A stretch of 64,000 bases of DNA. Source: a virus (lineage: Duplodnaviria > Caudoviricetes). The notes beneath the pieces are model-generated. The model made no database searches. It was given only the letters and a program-made list of their open reading frames with translations, and was not told where the DNA came from. Where the stretch lies: IMG/VR virus record IMGVR_UViG_3300028603_000024, positions 1-64,000 of that record; one strand, written 5' to 3'. Each line of letters opens with the position of its first letter. The first letter of the stretch is position 1. Shown here piece after piece: positions 46,248 to 56,680 of the stretch. The translations under genes and the position numbers were made by a program.

Positions 46248-48929
46248 TTAAGTTCCGTGGGTATCGATACGATAATTATTTCGTAACGATACCGGCGTCG
46301 GCGGTACCGCTTCAAAGGTCTCCGCCGATTTCCGTCCTCCGTGCTGACTGTCCAAGTTTTTCAGCGCCGCTAAGTCCATTTTACCATAACTCTCCGAAGC
46401 GTCCCAAGCCTCCCGGCCCGGCCACGGCAACGTCTTGGTCCGCCCCTGAAACAGTACGTCGGGCTGTTCCCATACTTCGCCGCCCTGTTGCCCAAAAGAT
46501 GCCTGCCACAAAGTCTCGTTAAGCCGGAATTTGACAAGCGTACCATACCGACTGGAGGCGTTAAAACTGAAGGAGACGTGGCGCATAAACTCTGCGTTAC
46601 CGGGTCTGCCGACGGCGTAGGAGCGAGACCGTAACACCTTCAAGGCCTCGGAGATACCGTTACGAATCTCGTTAGCGGATTCCTTCAACTCCGCGACTGA
46701 GGGGGACTGAGATCGCTCCTCATATTTCCGGATCTCTGTAGCGGAGGCCGTGACGGCCCCGGAGGCTGTCAGGGAGCCATCAAGAAATAAACGGGGCTTG
46801 CCGCCGCTCTTGGAAACAATTGAAGTCAGGCCTCCGCTGAGCCGCAATTGTAGATCGCCGCAGGTGACGTAGCACGAGGCGGCGCTGAGCGACAACGTGG
46901 CAGCGGCGGAAATATCGTCCCCCCGCTCGGGGGAAACACCGACCAAGTGTCGAACGCTATTCACGGCGTGAGAGACAACATTTTTCCCGATCAAATTTAC
47001 ATCTGCATCTCCGGCGGAAGAGTCCAAGACCAGCTCCCCCATAAGACTCCGCAGGTATGCCGTGGCGGACCAAGTCATTAAAGGAGCGCCCTTGGCCTTC
47101 AGCAAGATTCCGGAGGAGATACTCTCGGAGCCGGCGGAAGCGAAATCGATTTTATCTCCTCGCGGGTCCTCAACCCTGTTTTCTATCAAGGTTCCACCGG
47201 TGCCGCCGTTGCCGGAGAGGAGGTGCATATTACGCTCAGCTTTGGCAAGAACGTCTCCATGCGAGGCCGCAATCTCTACGTTGCGGCCCGCGTTTAGGAC
47301 CAAGTCTCGAGGAGCCATGACTACTACATCTTTGGCCGGCCGCATGACCAGGCTGCCGCGGGGAGATATTTCTACATTGCCCCCGCTCATTGAGATCGTG
47401 GAACCATAGCCGTCTTGAAAGACGATGGAGCCGTCGTCGCAAAATAGCACGAAGGCTCGGCTGGCGTAATACTTTACTTGCGGCCTGCGGTGGTCCACCC
47501 GCAGTGTTTGCGACGTCGGCTCATCGGCTCGGAAGTCCTCTCCGAGCGGTTTCGGGAAATAGTCCTCCCGGGCTCCCGTCGCCGCCGCCGTGGCCCTCTC
47601 GTCGGTTACTCTCCAATCCCTGCTGTGGCCCCGCAGTCCTAACGAGTTGGTGCGAAAGGTGCGATGCGCGTTGTGATCTGCCGCCAGTGATTGTCTCGCG
47701 GTGGGATCCTCGGGCCACTGATAATCAACTTCGTCTTCCCGGTATTCCGGGGCACCCCAATCGCACTCGTCGTCGGCGTCCCCGGCGGGGTCGTGAGGCT
47801 GATGCCGTTCCAGGGGGACAGGGATCATTACCGTTTTTTCCAGCAACAAACCTTTAGCGGTTCGCAGGGTCAGAAATCCGTCAATGCCTACTTGGGTCTC
47901 TGCGAGACCCTTCCAGAGCTGATCATCTACACCGCTAAGACGACCTAGGCCGCCGGGGTTTATGGGGCAAGCCACCCAATTATGCTGCAGGCCGTCGGCA
48001 AGATAACCCCCTAATTCGATGTAACGAAACAATCCGGACTGATCCCAATGCTTTGCGGCATAACATTCCACCTGCGTTTGGGTTTCAACAGCGGAGGGGT
48101 GTGCCGGGATGTCCTCATAGTTGCAGACCGGCTCCTCGGGGTTCATCGCTCCGAGGCCCTCCCACAGGTAGGGAGTACTTAGTCGTACCTCACTGCCCTC
48201 GCCTTGATCGCAGTAGAGTCGTCGATGGGTAGTCCAAGTCTCCTCTGTCACGGCCTCGGCCAACATATGAATCTCGTTGTCGAGGGCTGAAACGGATAAT
48301 TGAGCCGCGCCGCCGCGGAGTTGCACCTGCAGCTTGCCGCCGTGCAACCCGACGCCGAGGTCGTTGAGAAAACCATAATCCCCAGCCACGGTATCCATAG
48401 GTCTGCCGTTCGAGAACTCAGGACCCTCGGGGTTGTCGGTGTCCAATCGCAGGGGGCTGCGGTGTACGGCATCGTAACCTAACCCGATGCCGGCAACGTG
48501 AGTCAGGGCGTCGCCGCCGTAGTCAAACTCGGCGGTGTCGATGCGAGGCGTGGCTCCGAGGATTACGCCCCACGGAGCGTCGGGTCGTTCGAATAACACG
48601 AGTACGTGGGTGCCGGGGGCATGGCACAAATAGGGGCGATAACCGAGAGCTCCCAAGGTCGCCGGCATGTCGCAGGCCCATCGATCCTCGAACCCGATGC
48701 CGTAGACAACGTAGGCCTGAACCCCGCTGATATAAGCCTTGACTCGACAGCGTACAATCGAGGGACCCGGGGACGAGAAGTCTCGTCCCTGCCACCCGCA
48801 GTCAGCGCCGGGGTCAGCCTCGGTTCGCCGCTTGTAGGTGGGGACTCCATCACCGGGGATTACGTCAGCCATAGAAGCACCTACGAGAGGGGCGCCCGGA
48901 GTTTCAACCAGAAGGAGGGGACTGGTCAA
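46248..48929 (-). CDS. Baseplate spike / gp5-VgrG-like protein
   Basis: OB-fold-like PGTHVLVLF...VILGA; beta-helix-like DDGSIVFQDGYGSTISMSGGNVEI. Confidence 0.65.
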   Translation of the reverse strand: MTSPLLLVETPGAPLVGASMADVIPGDGVPTYKRRTEADPGADCGWQGRDFSSPGPSIVRCRVKAYISGVQAYVVYGIGFEDRWACDMPATLGALGYRPYLCHAPGTHVLVLFERPDAPWGVILGATPRIDTAEFDYGGDALTHVAGIGLGYDAVHRSPLRLDTDNPEGPEFSNGRPMDTVAGDYGFLNDLGVGLHGGKLQVQLRGGAAQLSVSALDNEIHMLAEAVTEETWTTHRRLYCDQGEGSEVRLSTPYLWEGLGAMNPEEPVCNYEDIPAHPSAVETQTQVECYAAKHWDQSGLFRYIELGGYLADGLQHNWVACPINPGGLGRLSGVDDQLWKGLAETQVGIDGFLTLRTAKGLLLEKTVMIPVPLERHQPHDPAGDADDECDWGAPEYREDEVDYQWPEDPTARQSLAADHNAHRTFRTNSLGLRGHSRDWRVTDERATAAATGAREDYFPKPLGEDFRADEPTSQTLRVDHRRPQVKYYASRAFVLFCDDGSIVFQDGYGSTISMSGGNVEISPRGSLVMRPAKDVVVMAPRDLVLNAGRNVEIAASHGDVLAKAERNMHLLSGNGGTGGTLIENRVEDPRGDKIDFASAGSESISSGILLKAKGAPLMTWSATAYLRSLMGELVLDSSAGDADVNLIGKNVVSHAVNSVRHLVGVSPERGDDISAAATLSLSAASCYVTCGDLQLRLSGGLTSIVSKSGGKPRLFLDGSLTASGAVTASATEIRKYEERSQSPSVAELKESANEIRNGISEALKVLRSRSYAVGRPGNAEFMRHVSFSFNASSRYGTLVKFRLNETLWQASFGQQGGEVWEQPDVLFQGRTKTLPWPGREAWDASESYGKMDLAALKNLDSQHGGRKSAETFEAVPPTPVSLRNNYRIDTHGT

Positions 48930-48952
48930 AGATCTCCGGGCTTTATTTCATC

Positions 48953-49444
48953 TTAATTTTGCGAGGCCCCCTGCTCATCCCACTCCAGCGAAATGAAGGT
49001 GCCCGCGAGGCCTTGCCGAATAATGGGATCTGAGGAGGCAACATTCAGATTGATACCGGCAAACACCACACCATTGAGAGCGATGTTCAGGGACCCGCTC
49101 CGCGTACCTGATTCCCCGGTCTTGGTGATACAACCCACCGAGGCCTGCAAAGCCAAGATGTTCTCCGAGGCCCGACAAACGCTGGAATATCGCTGATAAA
49201 ACTCCAGAGACAGACTGCGGGGGCCGATAGTTTTGGCGATCTGCAGGCTACCGCTGGCCGGCCCGGCTACGAGGTAGGTGGACCCGCCGTCACCGTCGAG
49301 ATCCCACAAACGAACCACCTGCTGATTGTAGTTGAAACCGACGGTGTCAAACGACAGGCCGGAGCGGAAACCAGCAAATACCACCTTGGTCGAAGTGGCG
49401 TTGAAACCGCCGGCGAAGGTTGTTTTTCTCTCAAATACATCCAT
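48953..49444 (-). CDS. Tail tube protein
   Basis: 163 aa after the sheath; YNQQVVRLWDL...YLVAG pattern. Confidence 0.75.
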   Translation of the reverse strand: MDVFERKTTFAGGFNATSTKVVFAGFRSGLSFDTVGFNYNQQVVRLWDLDGDGGSTYLVAGPASGSLQIAKTIGPRSLSLEFYQRYSSVCRASENILALQASVGCITKTGESGTRSGSLNIALNGVVFAGINLNVASSDPIIRQGLAGTFISLEWDEQGASQN

Positions 49445-49504
49445 GTCAATTGGCTCCTATGCCTGTGGTGCCGTTATTAGTAACCAGTGGCGGCGTCGCT
49501 TAAC

Positions 49505-52237
49505 TTAGCTGACCCGGTAATACAAATCCAGATTGTCCAAGCCGTAAGGTGTCTGGGCCTCGACTACGACAATAACACTGTCCTTCATCGTTGCATCCTG
49601 CCGCGGTCCGTCTGTGATTGTCAGACCGAGGAGCTGCGGGCCGAGGTTCGAAGACGCCGTTCCGGCTTGATAATACTTTGCGGCGGATCGGATCTCGGTG
49701 GCGATGAAGGCCAATGTGTTGTCCGTGATATTTACGGTACCCACAATCTCCTTCAACCGGTTATTGAGGCCGAAGCAGATGGAGTCGTTATTTGAAGTCC
49801 GATGGTCTTGCCAGTGATTGGCGTCGCTGACGTCGGTTGTCAGGGCCATGCGGGTATAAAGGGCGCCGCCGCTGCGATTCTGAGTAATGACCCAGGTACC
49901 GAGAGAGGCCATGATGTCGAGGTCCGACTCCCGCATGTCCTGCGTAGTCCGCAAAACGCCGGCAAACCCGTTCAGCTCCGCGTTGGTCAAGGGCTGGTGC
50001 GGAGCAGCTCCGGACCTCAAGCCGGCGAGAGCGGCGCAAAGCGACCAACCCGGAGCCGTGGTGCCGTCGGCCAATTCTGCGACGGGCGGCCAAACGTGGC
50101 GCACGCGGCGATGCCCGAAGCCGGCGCTGAAGCCACCGTAACCAGTTGCTTCCTCTGCCCCGCTTCGAGTACGCCAGATCTCGATGCGAGCTTCAACGCT
50201 GGTACCGACCGAGGGACCCGAGACGAGACGCAACTGGTCCTCGGACAGAACTTCGTCAACGATAGCGGAGTCAAGAGACTCGACGCCGTCGCCGTCGACG
50301 CCGTAATTATACCGCACGATGTCCCCGGCCCGTACGCCGTCGGTTATAAAGTTGCCGTGTTCGCTGGTCACCAAGGTGTACGCGGCGGTGTCGGGATCCA
50401 AGCTGAACTGGGCCGTCAGCATCTCGTCGTCATCGCCGAGATCCGTGACCTTGGCCGTCTTCAAGGAGGCACTGTTCAGCCAAGCGATGCGGAAACGACC
50501 GCGAGATGCTGCGGACTGAGCGAGAACGTGCGCCTTAACCAAGGTTTGAATCTCGGCGGCCTGTGTACAGGGGACTACACCGTAAGCCTCGTAATGGTCC
50601 TGTATCAAGGATAACGCTGCGGCGTAACCGTCGGTGTCATCGCTCTCAACGGCTACGAAGTTAACCGGCTGCCCGTTGCTGTTAAGCAAAGCCAAGTATA
50701 CGGCGAGACTGAGAGGATTCTCCGGAATTGCCGGCCCGAGGAGGTTGGTTACGTTCTCCGCGGCGTCCAAGCTGGACATTGCGGCGGCATAGGTCGGCAG
50801 TATGGCTCGGTAATCCACGTACAGCGAACCGCCGAGCACCGGAAGGTTGATCAGGTTTCCGTTGTCGTCAGCAACCGAGGAATCCGTCAGTGTTAACCCG
50901 CTCCGCACCGTCAGGGACAAAGAAGCGGGTGAGAAATTTTCGCTCGGGTAGGCGTAGTACCGCGAAATTTCTACGTTCTTCTTTATGAAGAGCTGTACGT
51001 CCAGGTCCGCCGGGGTGCCGCCGGGGAAATCGACGCCGCCAATACTGGAGACGATATCTTCGCTGATGATTGAGGGCAACGAACGGCTGAGTACGAGGGT
51101 GTTGCAGGCCCCGTCGGCCGCTGCTGTGGCGGAGAAATAGAACTTATCCCCCGGGCACGGCGAGGTATCAAAACTGATAACACCGCCGTAGCTACCAACA
51201 GCAGTGGCTTCGCCCAGCGGTATCACCTTGGGACCGTCAACATCATCACCCCTCGATGTGGTGACATTGACAATGGGATCCTCAGTCGTGGCATCGATGC
51301 CGACGACGGATATAACGTAGGTACGATCCCGGGTGCCGGTGTAGTCGGAAGCATCCTCAACTGTCAGGGCGCCTGCGGTGAATGCTTGGCGCACCGTAAC
51401 CGCGAGAGTGTCCCCTACGGCGATGGTGTCTCCAGCCGTAATCGTCAGAGTCACCAGCAGACCCCTGGCGCCGACGTAATGAGCTTCGCCGGAGCCCTCG
51501 GAGAAAGCCATCTCGGCGACGTTATCGGTGCCGCTGGCGGTGGTTACGGCAAAGCGGGCCGTAGTCAGATCACCGCCCTGCATCGCTTCCGTGCAAGTGA
51601 GGGTGTAGGTTTCCTGTGGGTGGCCGGCTGCGAGGCCGTCGTATTCGGCGGCGTCGGCTACGATGTCAACACCTGTGAACCCAGAAGCCGTTGAGGAAGC
51701 GCCCTCAACAAGCGTACCTTGGTTATTGGTGTCCGCAGACCCCACGCCGACCGAAGCGGCCACGGTGTCATAGTCAAAGCCGGCCACGGTACTCCAGAAT
51801 ATCTCACCCTCCGCTGAGGTGACTTTGACGACGTCTCCGAGCTGCACGTCACGACCTCGGAAGGCGTCGCTGCGTGTGTACCCGTTGGCGGTGCGGAATA
51901 CTAGATCGGCGGCGACAAGCTTATTGGTAACGTCTCCTACCTGAATTACGGAGGCGTCCGTCAAGGGGTCGTGGAAATACCGCAGAAGAGCGTTGTCCAG
52001 GAATAGCCGCACGTCGGTGAGATCGACATCGGCGCCGGCGGGACGGTTAGGCCAACTGCCGACTACCTCGGAGCCGGTATACGCCCCAAAAGCTCCCAGG
52101 GGTTTCTCCTCGGAGTTGGCGTAACGGCAAATGTAGTAGTGGGGTGCAACGATCACCGCCTGGAGGTTCTCCACCAATTCCGAGGGGGACCGAAGAAACT
52201 CTTGATAAATATTCAAACTCGGAACGGTGCGAACCAT
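49505..52237 (-). CDS. Tail sheath protein
   Basis: N-terminal PSLNIYQEF, ENPLSLAV, YGVVPCT, CAALAGLRSG..PHQPLTN, C-terminal PYGLDNL. Confidence 0.85.
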   Translation of the reverse strand: MVRTVPSLNIYQEFLRSPSELVENLQAVIVAPHYYICRYANSEEKPLGAFGAYTGSEVVGSWPNRPAGADVDLTDVRLFLDNALLRYFHDPLTDASVIQVGDVTNKLVAADLVFRTANGYTRSDAFRGRDVQLGDVVKVTSAEGEIFWSTVAGFDYDTVAASVGVGSADTNNQGTLVEGASSTASGFTGVDIVADAAEYDGLAAGHPQETYTLTCTEAMQGGDLTTARFAVTTASGTDNVAEMAFSEGSGEAHYVGARGLLVTLTITAGDTIAVGDTLAVTVRQAFTAGALTVEDASDYTGTRDRTYVISVVGIDATTEDPIVNVTTSRGDDVDGPKVIPLGEATAVGSYGGVISFDTSPCPGDKFYFSATAAADGACNTLVLSRSLPSIISEDIVSSIGGVDFPGGTPADLDVQLFIKKNVEISRYYAYPSENFSPASLSLTVRSGLTLTDSSVADDNGNLINLPVLGGSLYVDYRAILPTYAAAMSSLDAAENVTNLLGPAIPENPLSLAVYLALLNSNGQPVNFVAVESDDTDGYAAALSLIQDHYEAYGVVPCTQAAEIQTLVKAHVLAQSAASRGRFRIAWLNSASLKTAKVTDLGDDDEMLTAQFSLDPDTAAYTLVTSEHGNFITDGVRAGDIVRYNYGVDGDGVESLDSAIVDEVLSEDQLRLVSGPSVGTSVEARIEIWRTRSGAEEATGYGGFSAGFGHRRVRHVWPPVAELADGTTAPGWSLCAALAGLRSGAAPHQPLTNAELNGFAGVLRTTQDMRESDLDIMASLGTWVITQNRSGGALYTRMALTTDVSDANHWQDHRTSNNDSICFGLNNRLKEIVGTVNITDNTLAFIATEIRSAAKYYQAGTASSNLGPQLLGLTITDGPRQDATMKDSVIVVVEAQTPYGLDNLDLYYRVS

Positions 52238-52335
52238 ATCTAAGTCCTCCGTGACTTGGTCTCGCAGAGTTCCCTGCGAGGAAAATGTTTACACCTGCAT
52301 TTTACCGTAAGACGAAATAACTCGCCACCAACCGC

Positions 52336-52983
52336 CTACGACGCGGTATCAGAGATAATCTCCGCAATTCTTGGTCGCTGCTGGATCAGTTGCTGGGTGA
52401 TAGTCCAGCGATAACCGAGGGCTACGGGACAGCCCCAACAGCCTTTCCGCTCAGCTACGTGTACGACACCGCCGATTGCGGCAACCGCGAGCTGTTCCAA
52501 TCCGTACTCCTGGGTTATTGCGGGGGCGAAGGCGGAAAAAAACAATCCGATCTCATGGGCCAGCTCCTTGGCCTCGTCAGGCACGCTGCTGATGGCCCAG
52601 ACCACGCAACGCCCCGTCACCAGTTGAGATAGCCACTCCGGGTCCTCAACTGTTTCATAGGGCGCGTCCATCCGGCCTCCGACATTTGGCGATTGCCACT
52701 GGACTCCCTGCAAACGAATAACGATCTCAGGCATTCGACCCTCGTCCTGCGGCGCCCAATCGACGTCACGCACGATGCGCACTCGGGACAGGGCGACATC
52801 GGGACTCCAGATCAAGGAGGGCTGTCGATTACGCATCGTAGCGGTAGCGAAATTGTCGGAGCTGAGAAACATTTGCCTCAAGCACTCCAACAGTATCTTG
52901 GAGACAAGGTTCTCGCTCAAGCCTTCATCAGCGATGGTGCTGACGAGATTGGGGTCTCTTATTCGCTCATCGTAAGGAGGCAT
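52336..52983 (-). CDS. Tail completion/terminator protein (putative)
   Basis: Between neck and sheath genes; RMPEIVIR. Confidence 0.6.
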   Translation of the reverse strand: MPPYDERIRDPNLVSTIADEGLSENLVSKILLECLRQMFLSSDNFATATMRNRQPSLIWSPDVALSRVRIVRDVDWAPQDEGRMPEIVIRLQGVQWQSPNVGGRMDAPYETVEDPEWLSQLVTGRCVVWAISSVPDEAKELAHEIGLFFSAFAPAITQEYGLEQLAVAAIGGVVHVAERKGCWGCPVALGYRWTITQQLIQQRPRIAEIISDTAS

Positions 52984-53121
52984 GGATCAAACTCCAAGGT
53001 GGTGCCCAATCCTGAACACGCACGGTCTCCACGATCTGGACGCCCTCGTTTTTCGACGTCTTTTTCGTCGCCGGTTCCGACGTCGGCTTACTTATCGATT
53101 TCGGTCTTCCGTATTCCACCG

Positions 53122-53928
53122 TTATTGCTCCGCCGGTCGGGGGAAGGAATAAATCACATCGGTGGTTTCTATAGGCTGCAGGGCTACGGCTACGACGAGC
53201 GGTAAGCCCCGGATAGCAGTGGCAACTTGGATATCGGGCTGCGCTACGTACCGCCGATCTGTGTTCTTTTCGATAAAAACGGTGCCCGCCAGCCAGCGAG
53301 GAACACCGAGGGCCAAAGCGGGCCGCAAGATGATGTGACGGCGGCTTAGAGGTTCTCGCCAATAAGCCTTGGAACTCTGTTCATTCAACCATTCCACCGA
53401 AATCGGGTAAGGGGAATGATATCCGCCCACTACCCCGGTACTATAGCATACCTCGCATTGGCTGTTGCCGCCCTGGTTTGTGATCTCGTCGCCGCAACGA
53501 GTGCATAATTCGCCCCACTCTTTTCGCCTCAGGAGCCAGCCGTCGCTGCCGGAGCCGAGCCGCATCTTTTGCGTCGCCTGCCTCACAACTTCGCGAGCAA
53601 CGAGCCAGTCATGCCGAGACAGGCCGGTGCCTGCTTGTATCGGTTGGGAGTAATGTACTACGTCATCGGCGTCGACGAGTCCGACTCGATACCAGGATTC
53701 GGCAAGGATATCGTAACGGTACCGACTTAAGTCCTGTGCAACCCACGACTCCGAGGTGCTGCCCACGTCGGACCACTCCCCGGGGGATGTGGCGCGCTGG
53801 ATCTGGAAAAGCCAGGGCCGCGGAAACGGTAGATCCGTTTTTGGTAGGAAGGATATCTCAGCATCCCCTTGGATGCCGAGGAGGACGGAGACGCGTTCAA
53901 AAGGACTGTCTCGAAGCAGGGTATCCAT
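53122..53928 (-). CDS. Neck/head-closure protein (putative) with Zn finger
   Basis: CTRC...CEVCYSTGVVGGY motif; position. Confidence 0.65.
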   Translation of the reverse strand: MDTLLRDSPFERVSVLLGIQGDAEISFLPKTDLPFPRPWLFQIQRATSPGEWSDVGSTSESWVAQDLSRYRYDILAESWYRVGLVDADDVVHYSQPIQAGTGLSRHDWLVAREVVRQATQKMRLGSGSDGWLLRRKEWGELCTRCGDEITNQGGNSQCEVCYSTGVVGGYHSPYPISVEWLNEQSSKAYWREPLSRRHIILRPALALGVPRWLAGTVFIEKNTDRRYVAQPDIQVATAIRGLPLVVAVALQPIETTDVIYSFPRPAEQ

Positions 53929-53935
53929 GGGCGTC

Positions 53936-54793
53936 CTAGAACAAACCGCTGGGGACTGAATTAAAGCCGTTCATAATATTTGCTTGATTTTTGAAAGTTT
54001 TAATCCACCGCACCCATCGCTCCTGGAATAGGGTGGAAAGCTTCAAATAAGCCGCAGCTTTGTTCATGTCATCAACTCGCAACCCGGACCCGGCTATCTC
54101 AACCCTGTTCCGCTCATACCAGATCGCAGCCATCTCCAGCAGGCGGGCGATGACGCCGTCGACCAGGTTGAGAGGGTACGGAAAATTGGTTTCCGTGAAA
54201 GAGGTCATCACCGGCGTGGTGGTATTAAACTCGTTCACGGCAGCGACGACGGCGTCGTGGATTTCAACGACCGTAAATTCACACTCCTCCAGGATTCGGT
54301 TGGCCCGCGGATGGGCGTCCCGCAATCGTCGTCGTAGATAAGGCACAGAGAGGAGGTGTTGACGAGACTGCGCGCTACGGAGAGATGGCTGCACTTCCAG
54401 GTAACCGGCGTTGGCTAACACGAGAAGCCCGTCTCGGTTAAGCAGGCTGAACTGGAGAAGAAATAAACCCGAGGCAGCCGTAGCCGCTGCCGGCAAGGCG
54501 ACTTTAAAGGAACCGGTTAAGGCGTCAACCGCCGTCGCAGGGGCGGAAAATAACTCCTGCGGTGAGGACCAATGCTCCCGACTATCTGCCAGCACAGAGC
54601 CCCCGGAGGCCTCCCATGTATCGTAATCTACGCCGTCCTGTGTTGCCAGCCGGGCAACACAGTCCAAGGGGCTGTCAGGGTTAGCGGGATCTCGCAGGAG
54701 AAAAGGCGACACCGGTCGTCCCCCCTGAGGGACGACCAGCGTCGGAATCTGTGGACCATGACCGGACAGCAGATTTTCGCGGGCGAATGCCAT
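53936..54793 (-). CDS. Head-tail adaptor/neck protein (putative)
   Basis: LRRRLRD...NRIL...EF, FNTTTP, RN...G..VDD; position. Confidence 0.65.
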   Translation of the reverse strand: MAFARENLLSGHGPQIPTLVVPQGGRPVSPFLLRDPANPDSPLDCVARLATQDGVDYDTWEASGGSVLADSREHWSSPQELFSAPATAVDALTGSFKVALPAAATAASGLFLLQFSLLNRDGLLVLANAGYLEVQPSLRSAQSRQHLLSVPYLRRRLRDAHPRANRILEECEFTVVEIHDAVVAAVNEFNTTTPVMTSFTETNFPYPLNLVDGVIARLLEMAAIWYERNRVEIAGSGLRVDDMNKAAAYLKLSTLFQERWVRWIKTFKNQANIMNGFNSVPSGLF

Positions 54794-54805
54794 AAATTCC
54801 CCTTC

Positions 54806-55411
54806 TTACAGCACCTCGCCGCCCTGCTCAAGCAGGCCGAATCCGGAATCGTCTTCGGTCCCCGTTTCGGTTTCCTCCGCCGCCTCGGTATCGGGCTCGA
54901 CTTCGTCGATTTCGGTTTCCTCCGCCGCCTCGGTATCGGGCTCGACTTCGTCGATTTCGGTTTCCTCCGCCGCCTCGGTATCGGGCTCGACTTCGTCGAT
55001 TTCGGGCTCCTCGGGATCATCGGCCTCGGCGGGCTCGGCGGCCTTCTCGGGCTCGGACGTTGTCGGGACCGTCGCGGCGGCTACCCGGTCAATCTCAGCT
55101 CTCCCGTCCGGCGTGAGAAGATCCGTCGCCGCAACCGCCCGGCCCGCAGTCTTCTCGCCCGTCTGTAGCAGGGCTTCAACGGAGACCCATTCACCATCTC
55201 GCAGTACTTGATGGTCGAGATCGATGTTCTTGTTCCGCACCTCAGCGGCCAGGGCGGTTACCAGCAACTTGCGGTTCACGCAACTCTCGAGATGTCCGTC
55301 AACGATGTATACGGATCCCGGCGCCAGATTCTTGCCATACCCGGTATTAATCAGTAGGCGGAAAGTTTTTTTGCCGACTACACGAATTACGGTGCGCATT
55401 TTCAGAAACAT
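54806..55411 (-). CDS. Hypothetical protein with acidic repeat tail
   Basis: Basic N-terminal domain plus EIDEVEPDTEAAEET x3. Confidence 0.7.
   Translation of the reverse strand: MFLKMRTVIRVVGKKTFRLLINTGYGKNLAPGSVYIVDGHLESCVNRKLLVTALAAEVRNKNIDLDHQVLRDGEWVSVEALLQTGEKTAGRAVAATDLLTPDGRAEIDRVAAATVPTTSEPEKAAEPAEADDPEEPEIDEVEPDTEAAEETEIDEVEPDTEAAEETEIDEVEPDTEAAEETETGTEDDSGFGLLEQGGEVL
54865..55005. repeat. 45-bp perfect tandem repeat, 3 copies
   Basis: Unit tttcggtttcctccgccgcctcggtatcgggctcgacttcgtcga. Confidence 0.95.
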
Positions 55412-55417
55412 TCTCTA

Positions 55418-56625
55418 CCGTTCCCTTTCTGTTAACACAAGTTAACAATGTTTGGTTTGAACTCGGCACCGTATGGTCCGAGGATGAACCGTGATAGTAT
55501 ATTCTTGGCCGCGTTTATATCCGCATTATCGGTATGGCCACAACTCCGACAGCAAAACGCGACCCCGTCACGGCTGCTCCGCTCGATGTGACCACACTCA
55601 TGGCAGGTGATACTGGTGTTGAAAGCAGGCACCGATCTGAACACAACACGGTTGTCCTCTGATCGGGCTTGCAGCCTGCTTAACCAATACCTCACGTTCC
55701 ATGAACCGAGCGATCGACGCATACTTTTAGTCAAGCGTCGTTTGACCTTCGTCTTGTTGCAAATGCCCTTCAACTGCTCGACCACCACAAGATCAGCTTT
55801 GGCCGCTACATCCCTGGCGATCTCATCGATACGCTGCCGTAGCATGCGCCTGGCCCTTAACTGGCCCCTGCTCCCGTGCTTGCGCCTCTTGATCCGTTCA
55901 ATACAGCTTTCTACGTCGGTACCAAGTTGCTCGCCGGTCGATAAGCTGGCCAAAGCCTTGATGCCGGTATCGACACCTACCGCTACTTTTGGCTGCTTCT
56001 TCGGCCCCGTCTCAATCTCAAAACAGAGTTGCACGGACTTTTCTGTAATCACGTAGGATTCCAGCCGCCGGCCTCGCTCGACAAGTCTGTGAAAGTGCTT
56101 GTGATAACGAACCGGAAGATCGAGAATGATCCCATTGCCGATACTCGCCAAGTGCAGCCAAGCGTCGAACTCTTTCGTGCGCTTTGTGTGCTGAAGGGAG
56201 GCGATGGTGCTGCTAACACACATTCGTTTACCATTGTGTACCGGCTTTACTGCCTTCTCACCATCTTTGTTACGAGCCGCGAGGACCATATCGATCGCTT
56301 CCCTCGCGGCAACCTTCCGCAACCTGGCCGAGAACCAAGAGGGCACGGCATCAACAATCGGCTTCAGCAGTTCAGACTTCTTGGGCCGCTGCTCCCAGAA
56401 CAAGTCAATGAACTCATTAACCACCCGGGCATACTCCGCGAGGACAACCCGCAACTCCGCCAGCTTCGCAGCGGTGGAGAACTTGAAACTTAATTTGGTT
56501 GAGCGGTTAATCTTCATTCGCAGCTTCCAGTGCACGCTTAGCCTTGTTCTTGGCCGACCTCTTGCCGTAAATCCTCGCACACATCGAAGTAACCACGTCA
56601 ATGAAGTCCTGAACCAACTCCAGAC
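55418..56625 (-). mobile_element. IS607-family remnant (truncated tnpA plus intact tnpB); left boundary approximate
   Basis: tnpA C-terminal fragment overlapping the tnpB start; putative right end ...GGAACGG at 55418; lower GC than the flanks. Confidence 0.75.
55432..56517 (-). CDS. tnpB: TnpB RNA-guided endonuclease
   Basis: RuvC-I VGVDTG, RuvC-II VVVEQL, Zn finger CHECG...CRSCG, RuvC-III NADINAAKNI; start ATG 56517 (MKINRS). Confidence 0.93.
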   Translation of the reverse strand: MKINRSTKLSFKFSTAAKLAELRVVLAEYARVVNEFIDLFWEQRPKKSELLKPIVDAVPSWFSARLRKVAAREAIDMVLAARNKDGEKAVKPVHNGKRMCVSSTIASLQHTKRTKEFDAWLHLASIGNGIILDLPVRYHKHFHRLVERGRRLESYVITEKSVQLCFEIETGPKKQPKVAVGVDTGIKALASLSTGEQLGTDVESCIERIKRRKHGSRGQLRARRMLRQRIDEIARDVAAKADLVVVEQLKGICNKTKVKRRLTKSMRRSLGSWNVRYWLSRLQARSEDNRVVFRSVPAFNTSITCHECGHIERSSRDGVAFCCRSCGHTDNADINAAKNILSRFILGPYGAEFKPNIVNLC

Positions 56626-56680
56626 CTCGTCGTCTTGGGCTATGGCCCGGATCAGACGGCGGGCGGCGAGGACGAAACAT
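56507..56680 (-). pseudogene. tnpA: 57-aa ORF carrying only the C-terminal helix of the IS607 serine-recombinase TnpA
   Basis: Not in the track. MFRPRRPPSDPGHSPRRRGL-ELVQDFIDVVTSMCARIYGKRSAKNKAKRALEAANED; the ELVxD...TS..AR.YGKRS pattern is the IS607 TnpA C-terminus. Confidence 0.8.

Noticed and set aside
33930-52983. Extracellular contractile injection system (Afp/PVC) or T6SS
   Set aside because: Capsid, protease, terminase and a full replication module are present, so this is a phage tail.
41717-55005. The two tandem repeats as CRISPR arrays
   Set aside because: Units are contiguous with no spacers, are multiples of three and lie in frame within genes.
55418-56680. Cas12 CRISPR effector or IStron
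   Set aside because: No array or cas genes; a TnpA remnant is present; the insertion is intergenic and I see no group I intron core.
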